Of a DNA stretch of 64,000 bases, positions 1 through 12,100 are shown one piece after another. The notes below the pieces were generated by a model, which saw nothing but the letters and a program-made list of their open reading frames with translations, had not been told where the DNA came from and searched no databases. The DNA is taken from assembly GCA_043228905.1 (NCBI GenBank), contig JBHGNT010000012.1, positions 19,034,001-19,098,000 on the forward strand, read 5' to 3'. How positions within the stretch are numbered: position 1 is the first letter of the stretch; each line of letters starts with the position of its first letter. The stretch comes from Azolla caroliniana. Taxonomy: Eukaryota; Plantae; Polypodiophyta. Both the position numbers and the translations under genes were made by a program.

Positions 1-777
1 TTCCGTTGTATCAACTATAAATTGATTAAGAAGTAAGAAGCTAAGTAGACTGATTTTGATCTCTTATGTGCATTTCACAATATATATGTATGTATTTTTC
101 TGTTTTGTATGTTTTTTTGGGTGTGTGTCTTTTTTTTTGTGTGTGTGAACACAGATATAGATGTTGGACTACAAGAAGACAAAAGCTGAAAAACAGGAAA
201 AAAAAAAAAAGGAGAGAGAGCGTGACCTGATTTTCTGAAAGAAAACAGAGAGCGAAAAACAGATTTTCTGAGAGAAAACTAAGAGTGAAAAACTGAGAGA
301 AAGACAGAGAAAACAGAGCGCGTTACAGAGAAAAAACTGCACACGAGTGAACAGAACTAAGGCTGGAAAAACAGAGATTCGAGAAGAAGAGGTGTGTGAA
401 AAAAACACAACAAAGCTTCTGCAAGAAAACAGAAACAAGTGTTAGAGCTCGAGAATAGGGTGATAAAGCGCGAGAACTCGTTGCAAGTGTAAAGACAGAG
501 ATCTAGCGAGGTGTTATCTAGACTACCCAAAAGAGTCACAACAACTCTTCTGTCCACTTGTAACAGGTTTATTTGTTCTGTGTTTTTGGTTATTTTTTTG
601 TTGTTTCTCCTATTTGGTAGGGTGAATATTGTATCCAAGGCGGTAGCCTTGAAATATATGTGCATATCTCTAGAGTAAGCTTTAGAGGCTGTCAACACCT
701 TGTATACTCAGAAAATAGTGAATTTGTTTCGGAACCTAAGGTTCCCGTGGTTTTCCCCAATTTTAGGTTTTCCACGT

Positions 778-1523
778 TGTCGTAGTGTATTTCATACACT
801 ACATGAAAAACTTATAAAGTAACTTTCTGTAAATATGAAGAAATAGAAGAAAATGTCAAAATAAATCATACATGCATAGGGCAAGATTCGAACCTTGCAC
901 CTCCATGTTAATAATGTAATGTCTTACCATTACACTAGCATTTCATTAGTGTTAAAAATTAGATGTCTCACATAGAAAGTTAAGTCCACGTAGGATAAAC
1001 TTTTGTTAAAAGAAAAACGCATGCTAAAAGAAAAAGCTACGCATGCACATCTAGCATGCATGAACACTATAGTTGATAAAAAACGCACAAGTTAGAAAAA
1101 GCATGATCACTTTAGATAAAGCATATAGTCTATCTATAGGAAAAGCATGGAGTCTATAGTTAGAAAAAAAAAAGCATGGATTCCTAACACTCCCTCATCA
1201 CTACATAAGGATGGGGAGCACAATGTAATAAGTGTGTGAAATACTTGGAAACTGGATATGTTTCTAAAAAAAACCAATTAATAAACTATACTCGTGGGAT
1301 TCACGAGGATTCTATATCATTCTCTTTCAACCCAAATTTATATTCTTATATTCATATTGATTAATCTAATACAATACACTCGTGGGATTCACGAGTTTGC
1401 TATAACTCTTTCTTACAACATATTTATATTCTTATTAGCGTTAAAACTCTCCTCTTCCTAGTCCAAAACCCCAGCGGTTTCCACCCGACTCACGCAAACG
1501 ATCTGGCGCCGAAAGGCACGACA
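778..1523 (+). mobile_element. Solo-LTR-like insert A (TGTCGT...ACGACA, 4-bp TSD ACGT)
   Basis: ACGT at 774-777 and 1524-1527; 6-bp terminal inverted repeat; degenerate TATA CTACATAAGG at ~1201; subterminal motif shared with the inserts at 37085 and 40719. Confidence 0.75.
880..940 (-). other. tRNA-derived Pol III A/B-box cassette inside insert A
   Basis: Minus strand TAGTGTAATGG (A box, 937-927), 32-nt spacer, GGTTCGAATC (B box, 894-885) within a GCAAG...CTTGC stem. No complete cloverleaf. Confidence 0.6.
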
Positions 1524-2149
1524 ACGTTAAATCTCGATGTACTCTCTCATTTTGTGTTACCACTACTAAGGGAAGCTGCATTGACATCTCTCTCCTCTGT
1601 TTTTTTTTTTTTACCACTACTAAGGGAAGCTGCAATAAAATCTCTCTCCTCTGTTTTTGGGAGCACTACCAAAAGACTTAGCTATGAATTTATGGGTTGG
1701 GACAAGTGTATATGTCTATGCTAAAAAATAGAACTCAACCTAAAGAGTTCTAGCAAATAAAACATGTTCTATAAGGAAATGGCTTTATACTAGGCCTAGT
1801 TTCATTTCCATCCAAGTCTCTCGAATTGAAAGTGGGAGGTCAAACAAAGGGCTTCGATGTGGATGTGGCCCGTGGTCCCAATGTAAAAAGGTACCCCAAC
1901 CATAGCTTCTAGGCGGCGTAGCTCACGTTCCCTTATCTTCTTAATTGTTTCTACTCCACTTCGAGTTGCTTTGAAGCTCGACATCCGAGGGAGTTTGGTT
2001 GTTCTTTGCATTTCTACTTCATCAAGAGAGAGGTTGAGTGGTGTAGGTGTGGCCACATTCATCATCTCCCCCTATTCCTGAAAAATTACATTCGTTAAAT
2101 TTTGGTGAATATTAAAATGGTTATGGTTAACACTTTGTAGTTTATTCTC

Positions 2150-3900
2150 CCTATGTTATTTTAGCTCTAAGATATACCTACCTAGTCTCTTTATATCCAG
2201 GGTATCTAATAGTTTGGAGAGGGTGGGAGAGGGTCTTAGTATGTCTTGGCATTTCACCCTTATCTCACATAAGTTAGACACTTGCATGTAAAGTGATACT
2301 CATCCTCTATCTCTATGTAACATAACCTACATAGCCTTTCCTCCTTAGGGACTCTATTAGCACGACCATTCTCAATCTCAAGTTGGTGAGATGATATCCT
2401 AAGTTGTCCAATGATCATCCTTAATGCATTTGATAAGAATGTATCTAGATATTTTGGTCGTGTAATAAAACCTAACTTAGAGAAGTGCATGAAGTGTTCC
2501 TTATAATACGACATTTTAGATGGGAGTGGCTCTCGTGGGGTGATCCATTTATATCGGGTGTAAATTTGCCATATTTCTTGGCGTATTACTTTATTACAGT
2601 CCTCATGAGATATTAAAGTTTGATCAGTCCCATGGTTGTACTTAAGGGGAGGTAGGTTATTAATGTTTATGCCATTTGCAAGTAGCCAACTCACAATGTT
2701 ATACCAAGAGCTAGTATCTCCGGACGCATATAGGGATCAAGATGCCTCAAAAGCTTGATAGGATATCCTATCTTGTGGTTGGTTATGTATCCTATGAATA
2801 AAAATTACTAGTTGGAAAAGTGCTTCTACTAAAATCGGGGGCAAACTGAACTCTGCTCTACTAATGTCATGTGGCACTATCGATTTGCGTCGGAGTTGAT
2901 GTGATAACATCGTACCCAAAGGTCTCTCTAACTGCGTCCACATGAAATATGGTAGATCTGGAACCCATACTACTGATGCATACATGAGGGAAGGGGTCAC
3001 TAATGAGTCGAAGAGTCATCCCTTAGTTCGTGGCTCTTGAAAGTATGCCTGGTGGCATTGTCTCCCTAAAGTGAGAGCCTCAGAGGGATGTATACCCTCT
3101 CGTTAGCCTATCTTTGGCTGCCTAGGTCATCGATAATTTATGTGAATGAGCACTAAAAGTGACTCATAAATATACATATGATCCAACTACCTCAATTGGT
3201 TTATGAGAGAGGATTAGGTGACATTTACTCCTAACTCGAGACAATGTATGAAAGATAAGGACTTTGGTTTTTGCTAGATTCACTACCAGTCCTCGTTGTA
3301 TGCAAAAGTCATCTAGGGCATTAAGGTGCTTTTGTAGGTCATGTTTAGACTCTGAGAGCAAAACTATGTCATCTGCGTAGAGTAAGAGACTAACTTGCGT
3401 ACCTTGAAATAGCTACTTTGTTGCCTCCCTTAAGAGTAATAAAATCAGTGATCTCATCAATGTAGATCCCAAAAAGAGTCGGTGATAGGGGGCAACCCTG
3501 TTTTACACCAATGGTGTTGGTAAAGTAATCAGATAGGCCACATGGGCATCTTACGCACCTGGACTTGCTCATATAGAGCACAAATGGCCCAGATCATGTC
3601 ATTTGGTATCTCCAAGCTTTTAATCCTATCAAACAACCACTCTTTAGGAATTGTGTCAAAGGCTTTGTGGAAGTCCACAAAGCAATAATATAGTTTCTTC
3701 TTGCGAGCCTTCATCTAGTCAATTAAGCATCTAAGTGTGAAGATATGGTCAATAGTGGAGAAGGCTCATCTAAAGCCAGCTTGCTCAAGTGCTCGAAGAC
3801 TTAAGGTTTCCATATAATCGATGAGCTCTACTTCCATTACTGCACCATATAATTTAGCGAGCATATGACCTATCATAATGGTCCTTCCTATATGTATTTG
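2150..3900 (-). mobile_element. Decayed non-LTR retrotransposon (RTE/RTEX-like RT plus C-terminal zinc finger)
   Basis: Frameshifted ORF pieces FVDFHKAFDTI, GVKQGCPLSPTLFGIYID, LLYADD (~3365-3385) and LRISSHQLEIENGR...ERLCRLC...EDEYHF..C. Confidence 0.85.
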
Positions 3901-4148
3901 GGTCCATTGGGTCCCCTTCTTTATGTATCGGGGCCACTGTATTCATGGTCCATTGTGGAGGACAACCATCGACGAAGGCGCGGTTGAAGATTAGAGAGAG
4001 AGAGAGGGAAACCCATCACGGCCCTAGGCCCCCCCCGTCTCATCTCAAGGTAGCCGAATAACATACCTGCTCCATTGCAAGGAATGAATAGATTGGGGGG
4101 GGGGGGGGATGCCAATCATGATTTTAGTCTCAATTTATACGTCAATTC

Positions 4149-4654
4149 TAATGGGCACGGTTCAGTTTCAAGGCAAAGAAACCGAAACCGAACCGTTTAT
4201 ATCAAACCAAACCAAACCAAACCGTTTAGAGAAAAGTTGAAATCAAACCGAACCTTTTAATAAGTGTTTTTAACCAAACCATTTAGGGAAAAGTTGAAAC
4301 CAAACCGAACCATTTAAATGAAACTAATTAAACATCTAAATAAACAAAAATACATTAAATTAAATAAGCATTTAAGTTAAATTTATTAAATCACTAAAAG
4401 AAACTTTAATTGAACCATTAAATTAAATAAATGTTTAAGTTAAATTAATTAAATCAATAAAAAACCATTAAATTAATAAATTATTAAGGTAAAAAAAATT
4501 TAACCAAAAACCTATAAACTCGAGTTTTAGAACCAAACCAAACCGTTTATTGAAAATCTAAACCAAACCATTAAATTTTTATAGAACCAACAAACCATTA
4601 AACCATGGCTTAACAATTCAGTTCGGTTTGAGCCGAAACCGTGCCCATTGCTAG
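4149..4654. mobile_element. MITE rich in AAACCG/AAACC (hAT-like family)
   Basis: Terminal inverted repeats AATGGGCACGGTT / AACCGTGCCCATT, AT-rich core, subterminal AAACCGAACC repeats; TSD not resolved. Confidence 0.7.
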
Positions 4655-4796
4655 AAAGAGATATATATGTGATGTCTTTTAAAGAGGGGGGGAAATGGCC
4701 TATAAGATAATAAGAAGACCAAACAAGAGATTACATCTTTAAGTATTGTCTCATCCTTCGAACGCACTAAAAACCGAAAGCATGAGACCCGCACAC

Positions 4797-4975
4797 TAGG
4801 AATCGGCAACGGTTCGGTTTCGGCTGAACTGGTTTGGCCTTGTCCAAGTGAAAACCAAACCGGTCAAGCCTAAACCGGTTTGGATGTTTTCAACCTTAGA
4901 ACCAAACGATTTCGGTTTGGCCAAAACGGTTTAAGGGTTCGGTTTAGGCTTGAACCGAGCCGTAGTCGACTCCCC
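4797..4975. mobile_element. Short MITE of the same CGGTT/AACCG family, upstream of the SNARE gene
   Basis: TAGGAATCGGCAACGGTTCGGTT ... AACCGAGCCGTAGTCGACTCCC imperfect inverted ends; dense CGGTT/AACCG motifs. Confidence 0.55.
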
Positions 4976-5123
4976 CCCCACCCCCCTCTTTTTCTTCTTC
5001 TTCTTCCTTTTCTTGGTGACTTTTCTTTCTGATACTGTGTGTGCTCCACAAATCAGAGAATCTGATTAAGAGGAGACTTTAACAAAAAGGAGACAAGGAC
5101 ACAGAGGAGAGGAAGGTTCCTCA

Positions 5124-5268
5124 CTCTGTTTCTTCAGTTTAATTTCCTATCAGAAATTGCTCATAGCACCTCCCCCCCCCAATCCATACACAGGACAGGG
5201 TATTGCTCTGTTTCTTCAGTTTAATTTCCTATAAGAAATTGCTCATAGCACCTCCCCCCCAATCCATA
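5124..5268 (+). repeat. ~65-bp direct duplication in the SNARE 5' leader
   Basis: CTCTGTTTCTTCAGTTTAATTTCCTAT...GCACCTCCCCCCCAATCCATAC occurs at ~5124-5189 and ~5206-5268. Confidence 0.85.
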
Positions 5269-5289
5269 CCCATCTTTCTTGATCTTGCC

Positions 5290-7419
5290 ATGCCTCTTCA
5301 AAATCCATTTGATTCTGATGATGAGGAACCTCCCAGATCCTCGAGAGTCTCTGCACCCTCTCATTTGCCCAATTCCAGCAATCCCTTTGATAATGAAGAA
5401 GCGGATGACGCCAAGCTTTCCCATATCTCAGGTAATATGAGCGGAGCAGAGCATCTTGAGAGCTTTTCTCATGCAAAAAACAACCCTTTTGATGAAGAAA
5501 GCCATGGTTTTGATCCGAAAGACACGTTGTCTGCAGAGAAATCCGTATCTAAAGGAGCTCGGAGTTCAATATTTCCGATCAAACAAAAGGCTTCTTCAGC
5601 CGGGCAATCATCGATCGCAAAGAGAGTTCAAATGATCAAAGAAACGGGTATGAAGCATGCATCTAAACTTGTAGAGGGGAGCATAGAACAAGCTCAAAAG
5701 ATGAAAGGAAGTGCATCCAAAGCATTTGAACCTCGAGAGAATCAAAAGGATCATCAAAACCACCTTAAGGATCCTCAAAACAAGCAAAAGAGTCATGAAG
5801 AAAGGCACCAAAAAGGTCATGGAAACAACCACGTTTATGATGATGACAATGACTATGAAAAGAACAGATATGGTAGGGATGCGCTATTTGCGCTGGTGGA
5901 AAGTAGTCCGTCCAATGGTTCTCGAGAGAACACTTCTCGGCAGCGATATGACGAAGGCCAATTCCGGAAGCAAGATTTAGAATATAGGTCTTTAGAAGAG
6001 CTAGAAGGGTATGCTGTCCAGAAGTCTGAAGATACTACTAGTACCTTACAGAATTGCCTCAAAGTGGCTGAAGAGATGAAAGGAGATGCTACCAAAACAC
6101 TGCTCGCTTTACATGAACAAGGGCAGCAACTCAAAAGAACTCATGAACTGGCAGTGGAGATGGATCAAAATCTTGACAGAGTAAGTCAATCATCTTACAT
6201 CCTGTGAAGGTTGTGGAAGTCTATTTTCTGAACCATGTTAGTATTTAATTTTCATGTTTCATATGTGCATTATTTATTGCGTAAAATCTTGTAAAGTATG
6301 CCCTTACATCCTCAAAGAAATATAACGATGTGAACAAATATGTTGTGTAGAATTATTGCTTCTGCTTATGAGATTAAAAGATAAAAACTGTGGTGGCTTT
6401 CAATCATTTTGCACGACAGTTTGTAGCTTTATGAGACCTGTAAGTTATATCCTGATTTTCATGTAAAACTATCTTCTCCATACAAAAGAAAAAGCTCAAA
6501 CAGCTGAATATATAACATCTCTGAAAATACAAAACATTTACGATTTGGATATCCATCCATATAAGAAGGTTCGATGAATTATGTCCTGATTTCATATATT
6601 TATATATCTCATGATTCATCCATGCAAAAGAGAAAGACCTTAAGAGTATCAAATACTGTACGAGAATGGTCATATGGCTTATGTAATTAATTTCACATGC
6701 TCTGCCAGAGTGAGAAGGTTCTTGGAACCCTCGGAGGAATTTTTTCACGGACATGGAAACCAAAGAAGAGCCAACCATTAGCAGGCCCTGTTATTTCTGA
6801 AAGTAAGCTCCTCATTTCTATTCAGAAATTCTTTTAGGAGAAAAAGGTTTGCATTCACTTTGTTCACTATTTTCGTTTGCGGTTGGAAATAGATGATTCT
6901 GCAAAAAGAAGGGCCCATCACCTCAACCAGCGTGTTGCACTTGGGATCGATAGAATTAATCCAAAAGAGCGAACAAATGTCGGGTCGCTCAACTCAAGTG
7001 ATAGGAAAACAACACACGAGAAACTTGAGGTCAACATTATCACCTCATGTCAAAGTTCTTTGATTCATCAGTCTTAAATTTTAAAGAAAAAAACTAATCT
7101 TAAAACTCATGTTTCATATATAGGTGGAGAGAGCAAAGCAAGATGATGCATTGACACGTTTAAGTGATGTGCTCGATAATCTAGAAGTCATGAGCATAGA
7201 TATGGGCTTGGAAATATCAAGGTCTTGAAACTCTCATTCGAATATACTCTTGAGTGTTGACTTATTTTTCTCAAACGTGTCTAGATTCTAATATGCTTAT
7301 TTGTGGTTTTGGGTTACAGCCAAGTCAAGTCAATGGATCAACTTGAGAAGGATACCACGATTCTAGATAACAGACTTAAAGATGCCAATCACAGAGGTCG
7401 TCGTCTCCTTGGAAGGTGA
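5290..7419 (+). CDS. SNAP33: SNAP25-homologous Qb+c SNARE (SNAP33-like), 5 exons
   Basis: Exons 5290-6180, 6709-6802, 6893-7029, 7124-7221, 7320-7419, all GT-AG and in frame. Motifs: CLKVAEEMKGDATKTLLALHEQGQQL, LGTLGGIFSRTWKPKK, KQDDALTRLSDVL..L..M..DMG.EI, ANHRGRRLLGR*; N-terminal NPF motifs. Confidence 0.93.
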
Positions 7420-7508
7420 AAGCAAAAAACATTGCATGTGCTGGACAAAAATTGGTGAATAAATCCAGAAAGCATTGCAAATATGTACTTACTGGATCTA
7501 GTTGATAC

Positions 7509-7747
7509 GGTTGATTTAAATCACAACCTTGTCATTTACATATGTGGATTTAGTTACCGAGACAAATAATTCAAAGAAATGTCAACTGTATCATGTCAAT
7601 ATATAGATACTCAGATTTTGTACACAGGTTGATTTAAAATCACAACCTTGTCATTTACATATGTGAATTTAGTTACCAAGACAAATAATTCAAAGAAATG
7701 TCAATTGTATCATGTCAATATATAGATACTCAGATTTTGTACACAGG
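7509..7747. repeat. ~119-bp tandem duplication
   Basis: GGTTGATTTAAA(A)TCACAACC...CAGATTTTGTACACAGG repeated head-to-tail with few mismatches. Confidence 0.9.
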
Positions 7748-7914
7748 CTTGATCATCATTTATTAAAGTCCTTTTTGTTCGAGGCTTCCCGAATTAACAG
7801 AATAAACATGCATATCAACACAAAGATTCTTAATTCCAATCACACAACTACTCTCCAAAGCTCAATATGAATATGACTATGTACATTATCTAGGTTGAAA
7901 ATGTGAGATTGTCC

Positions 7915-8047
7915 GCACTAAGTAATGATGAAGTTACCAAAAGTCTTTGTATCATATAATAATTTATATCATATCTGTTTTGGCACTAAGTAATGATGAA
8001 GTTACCAAAAGTCTTTGTATCATATAATAATTGATATCATATCTGTG
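7915..8047. repeat. ~68-bp tandem duplication
   Basis: GCACTAAGTAATGATGAAGTTACCAAAAGTCTTTGTATCATATAATAATT.ATATCATATCTGT occurs twice. Confidence 0.9.
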
Positions 8048-9107
8048 TATCAATTATTGCCCAAGCTCTTTGTAACAAGAAAACATACATCTTTTAGGTG
8101 TATGCCAAGATTTATATTTGATAAACCTTTGGAAATCGTATGCACATGCCAAAATACAATTACAATATTCTTCATCAGAATGGGAAGGTGTTGTGAAAAC
8201 TTTATGATTAATCTCAATGGATTTACTAATTATGAAAGGTTTATCCAAATAATTTGATGTAAGTTTACTACTAGATGATTCTTTGCATAAATTGCTTGTT
8301 AATGTGGATTATTCATACATAAACATAGGACAAGGGTTTCAGGTATAGAATATATAGAGGATGCCTCTAATCCAAATTAGCATCAACAATGGAAATTGTG
8401 GCTATTCAAGACTAAGGTTTGATCAACTAAGGCCTAATTTATGACTATTTCAAGACAAAGACCTAGCCATGCTTTCCAAACAGCAATACAATTTTTGATT
8501 CTCTATTGATGAACAGAGATATTAGCCCTACTAGCCTACAAGCCAAAAGGCTTTGAACTTTAATTTCAACTTATACTCAGTAAATCATCTTATTTATTAT
8601 TATGTAGCATGTTAATGATTCTCTTTCTACAGTCTTCACATACAAAGACTATTTATCTGAAACTTCATGTGGAAATACAACATGCAAATTGGCAGAGAAT
8701 CTGAAAATCAGACCCATCTGCCAGAATGAAAACATAACTTCTGTAATCAGCCTCTTTTACATCTTTGGAGAATTTTCACAACATTTTGATCACTGCATCA
8801 CCAGCAACCTTAATGTCCTCTCCTGTTCTTTGATATCATGCTTTGTGAGCAAGCAAACTCTTGATTGATTTAGAATCCCACTTGCTTAGCATTTAGAAGA
8901 TCATCCCATAAATATAAAGCCACATGTTCAAATAAATATGGACATTACAAGAAATGGGTACTCTGAGATTCATATGTCATCATATATCGCGTTGAACCTC
9001 AGGTACATTAGTTACAAGGTGCGTCCTGATAGAAGCCCGGTATATGATTAAAATCCCTTGGATAAAAACTTCAAATCCTGTAGCAGCACAAATCCAACCT
9101 TTACCAA

Positions 9108-12100
9108 TTAGTAAGGTCGATAACGTCTTGAAGAGCTGCCCTTGCTACTACCACTATGTCGTTGCGAATGCTGGCTGTGTTCACTAGCTTTATCATCTCG
9201 GTGAGAAGCTGGTGGGCTGTCTCTATTAGCATGTTGCCTGCAATTGCATCAAACTGCATATTCATCGAAATGAAGATGAGGTAACCAAATATTATATCTA
9301 TTACAGATGACTTAAAACTTACAAGACATAACCAATTCGACCATCTGGAAGCACCATGGGAACCATGGACATTCCAGCTGGGGTAGGACCCCGACCATAG
9401 ATCACTGGCTGTACCTGTACACATTATAACAAATGCGTAAGATTTGGGACTTGTTTACAATAAAGCTGTCCTAACTTTATGAGACATTTACCTGCCCATA
9501 ACCTCTGCTTGAGCCAAAACCTGATGTCATGGCACCATATGGATCGGGCCGAGACAAACTGAAAGCTGCCCTTGTCTGCTGCTGGGGTAAAATTCCTGCA
9601 CCAAAAGATACATTCATTGCTGTTGCACCACCAGCCCTCTTCTCTGTCTGTGGTTTAGCTATGCTTGTCTCTAACAAGCGACCTGAAAAGCATGTACATG
9701 GGTCAGTTTTTCTTTACAATGATGGGCAGAGGCAAATTCTACAAGAACATACCTTCAAGTACATATTTTTCTGTTTTTTCAATAGCTTTTAATGCGCTAC
9801 TTCTTTCTGCAAAATGTACAAATCCAAAGTCACGTTTCTGTTGTCCTGGTTTTGATGGAGGCACCATAACTTTGGTGATTTCCCCATGTTTCTCAAAGAG
9901 CTTCCATAAATCTTCTTGAGTCGCATTTTCAGGTAAATTACGAACATATACAACCTTCACCTATTCCAAAAGACAAGAAAACCATTGTAAGACATGCTTT
10001 ACCAGGACTAGCATTTTATATTTTCTGGTACCCAGCATCTAAAGCCAAAAATGGCAAAAGTTGTAAATGAATTCATAATCAGCAACAAACTGAAAATGGT
10101 CGAACTAGGTAGGAGATCTAATAAAAAAAGCAAGATTCAACATTGCTACGTTAGGCAAAGAATGATGCCTGTATCGCTGAAGGCTCACTACAATTAAAAA
10201 ATTATCGCCAATTTAACAAGATGGCGATATTATTATGGAGAGTAATAAAGGCCTTTGACCGATTTCTTTTCTAGTGTTTCCTAGGCCTGTGTCCTCTACA
10301 CCTTTTGTCGATGTTTCTCTTTCTGAGTTCTGCACATTGTCCTCTCACACATTGCTTTTTTCTCCCCGATATCAAATTTGCTATTTAACACCCCACAGTT
10401 ACTTGAATTTTAGCTTGTAAGCTTCTACAAGTTTGCCAAAAGAATCACCTAATGGCACAATTTAGAACAAAACGGCCTATATGGTACCAATCAAGTAAAT
10501 GATGTTCTTCCTGATTTCCACCTACTCAACAAAATAGTTAACATAATTTCTTCCATTTGTCTCATGAACAAATATAGTAGTAATTGTTTGGGCAACTCCT
10601 CTTGCAAACATTCTCAAACATCATCATCCACTCTCATGACCTCTTTCTGCTCCTGTTCTTACATGCACACAATATCCTCTCTGCTACATAGTCGTGATTT
10701 GTCAGCTAATTTTGCCCATTTGTCCCTTTGCCTCCATGCATGTGTTTTCAATCCTCAATAAACTTCTAAATCGAAGTGTGATGTGTCTTTTAGCTCTGCA
10801 GCAACATAGGCCTTTACTGCTGAATGCAGCATTTTTGGCCATCTCTAGATAACAAAACTGACAACTAAAAGAAATGGTTTATTAAGCTATTCACTGAGGT
10901 TTTTATACACCATCTTTGTCCAAGTCATTCCTCACCCTCTTTTTATTATCTCTACCCTAGATGAAATGCAAATTATCACAACTTATAGTTTATGCTAATG
11001 TGTCATTTGGCATGATTGATGATATATATCTGATTAGACAGAACCCATCTAAGGTTTTTAATGTATTGACAATTATAGCAGATGTTTTAGTAGGAAACAT
11101 AGCTATATCAGGAGCTTCATGGAAGGATGCTTTAGTCAGATGACAGCCAGCAACTAGAGGACATGCTATCACTTTAAGGAATTCATATAAACAATCTTAC
11201 TCAATTCAATTGATTAAGACAATATTTGTATAATAAGACTGTAGATTCCAATGAGCAAATTAAAATATTAAATACCTGAGACGATCCGGGATTATCTAAC
11301 CCGGTGGGGCATTCAGCCCAGTTAATTGTAGGGATATTTGTTCCTAGTTTGAACCCTGGCAATGACAAAAGTCGTTTCGCATTCTCTGCACATGCATGAT
11401 TGTAATACTCAACAAAAGCAAACCCACGATTTCTATCAGAATTATGAGGATCCTGCAAGGCAATAAAAGAAAAATTGCAATAATTTAGCTCTGATGTATA
11501 CTTCCTTGTTACATCTAAATTCGTGAATTTTGTAAACAGATGCCATGTCATCAAATCAACCACCATTGACATCCATACTAATGTTATGGAATCAAGTAGT
11601 GCAAAAATATCTTGATAAAACATTACGTGAAGATATATTGCCCAGTATGGATACCAAGTGGCTTTCAAAGTCTGCATACTGCTCAATTCAAACTTTCAAA
11701 TAGTGCATCCACAAATAATGTGATACGCGCAATAACACTTATTCCATTATAAAATATAGCAAAGGATGACTCAAAGAGAGCGATGTGATCCATCATGTCA
11801 TGATGTTGATGAAAGAATTGATGCCAAAAATTTAAATATCATATCTATTTGCATGAAATAGGCGCATTTATTGATATTGAGGTCAGACAAATATGGATAA
11901 AGAAATATAGTGAATGCACCCACAAGCCTCAAGCAATGACTGATGCCATGACCTCATAAATCACCATTGGTTTTCATCTTCGAGGAATCCATAAGATTCA
12001 CAAGAATGAAGGATACATTTTCATTGACATTGAGAATGGGTAAATAAAACACCACTTAATTGATTCATTTAATTTTCGCAGCAAAGGTCTTAAGTAGCAA

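Larger units (their letters stand above)
162..1560 (+). mobile_element. Degenerate Copia-type LTR, interrupted by the 778-1523 insert
   Basis: Starts TGTTGG at 162. The motif TCCCGTGGTTTTCCC...TTTAGGTTTTCCACGTT (743-778) matches the U5 motif of the Copia LTR at 59011-59045 (reverse strand). The sequence resumes after 1527; the right end is unclear. Confidence 0.5.

Noticed and set aside
880-940. Functional tRNA genes here and at 41183-41243
   Set aside because: A and B boxes are present, but no convincing acceptor or anticodon stems.
1802-2085. 87-aa minus-strand ORF with an upstream acceptor-like site
   Set aside because: No recognisable homology or partner exons; lies between transposon remnants.
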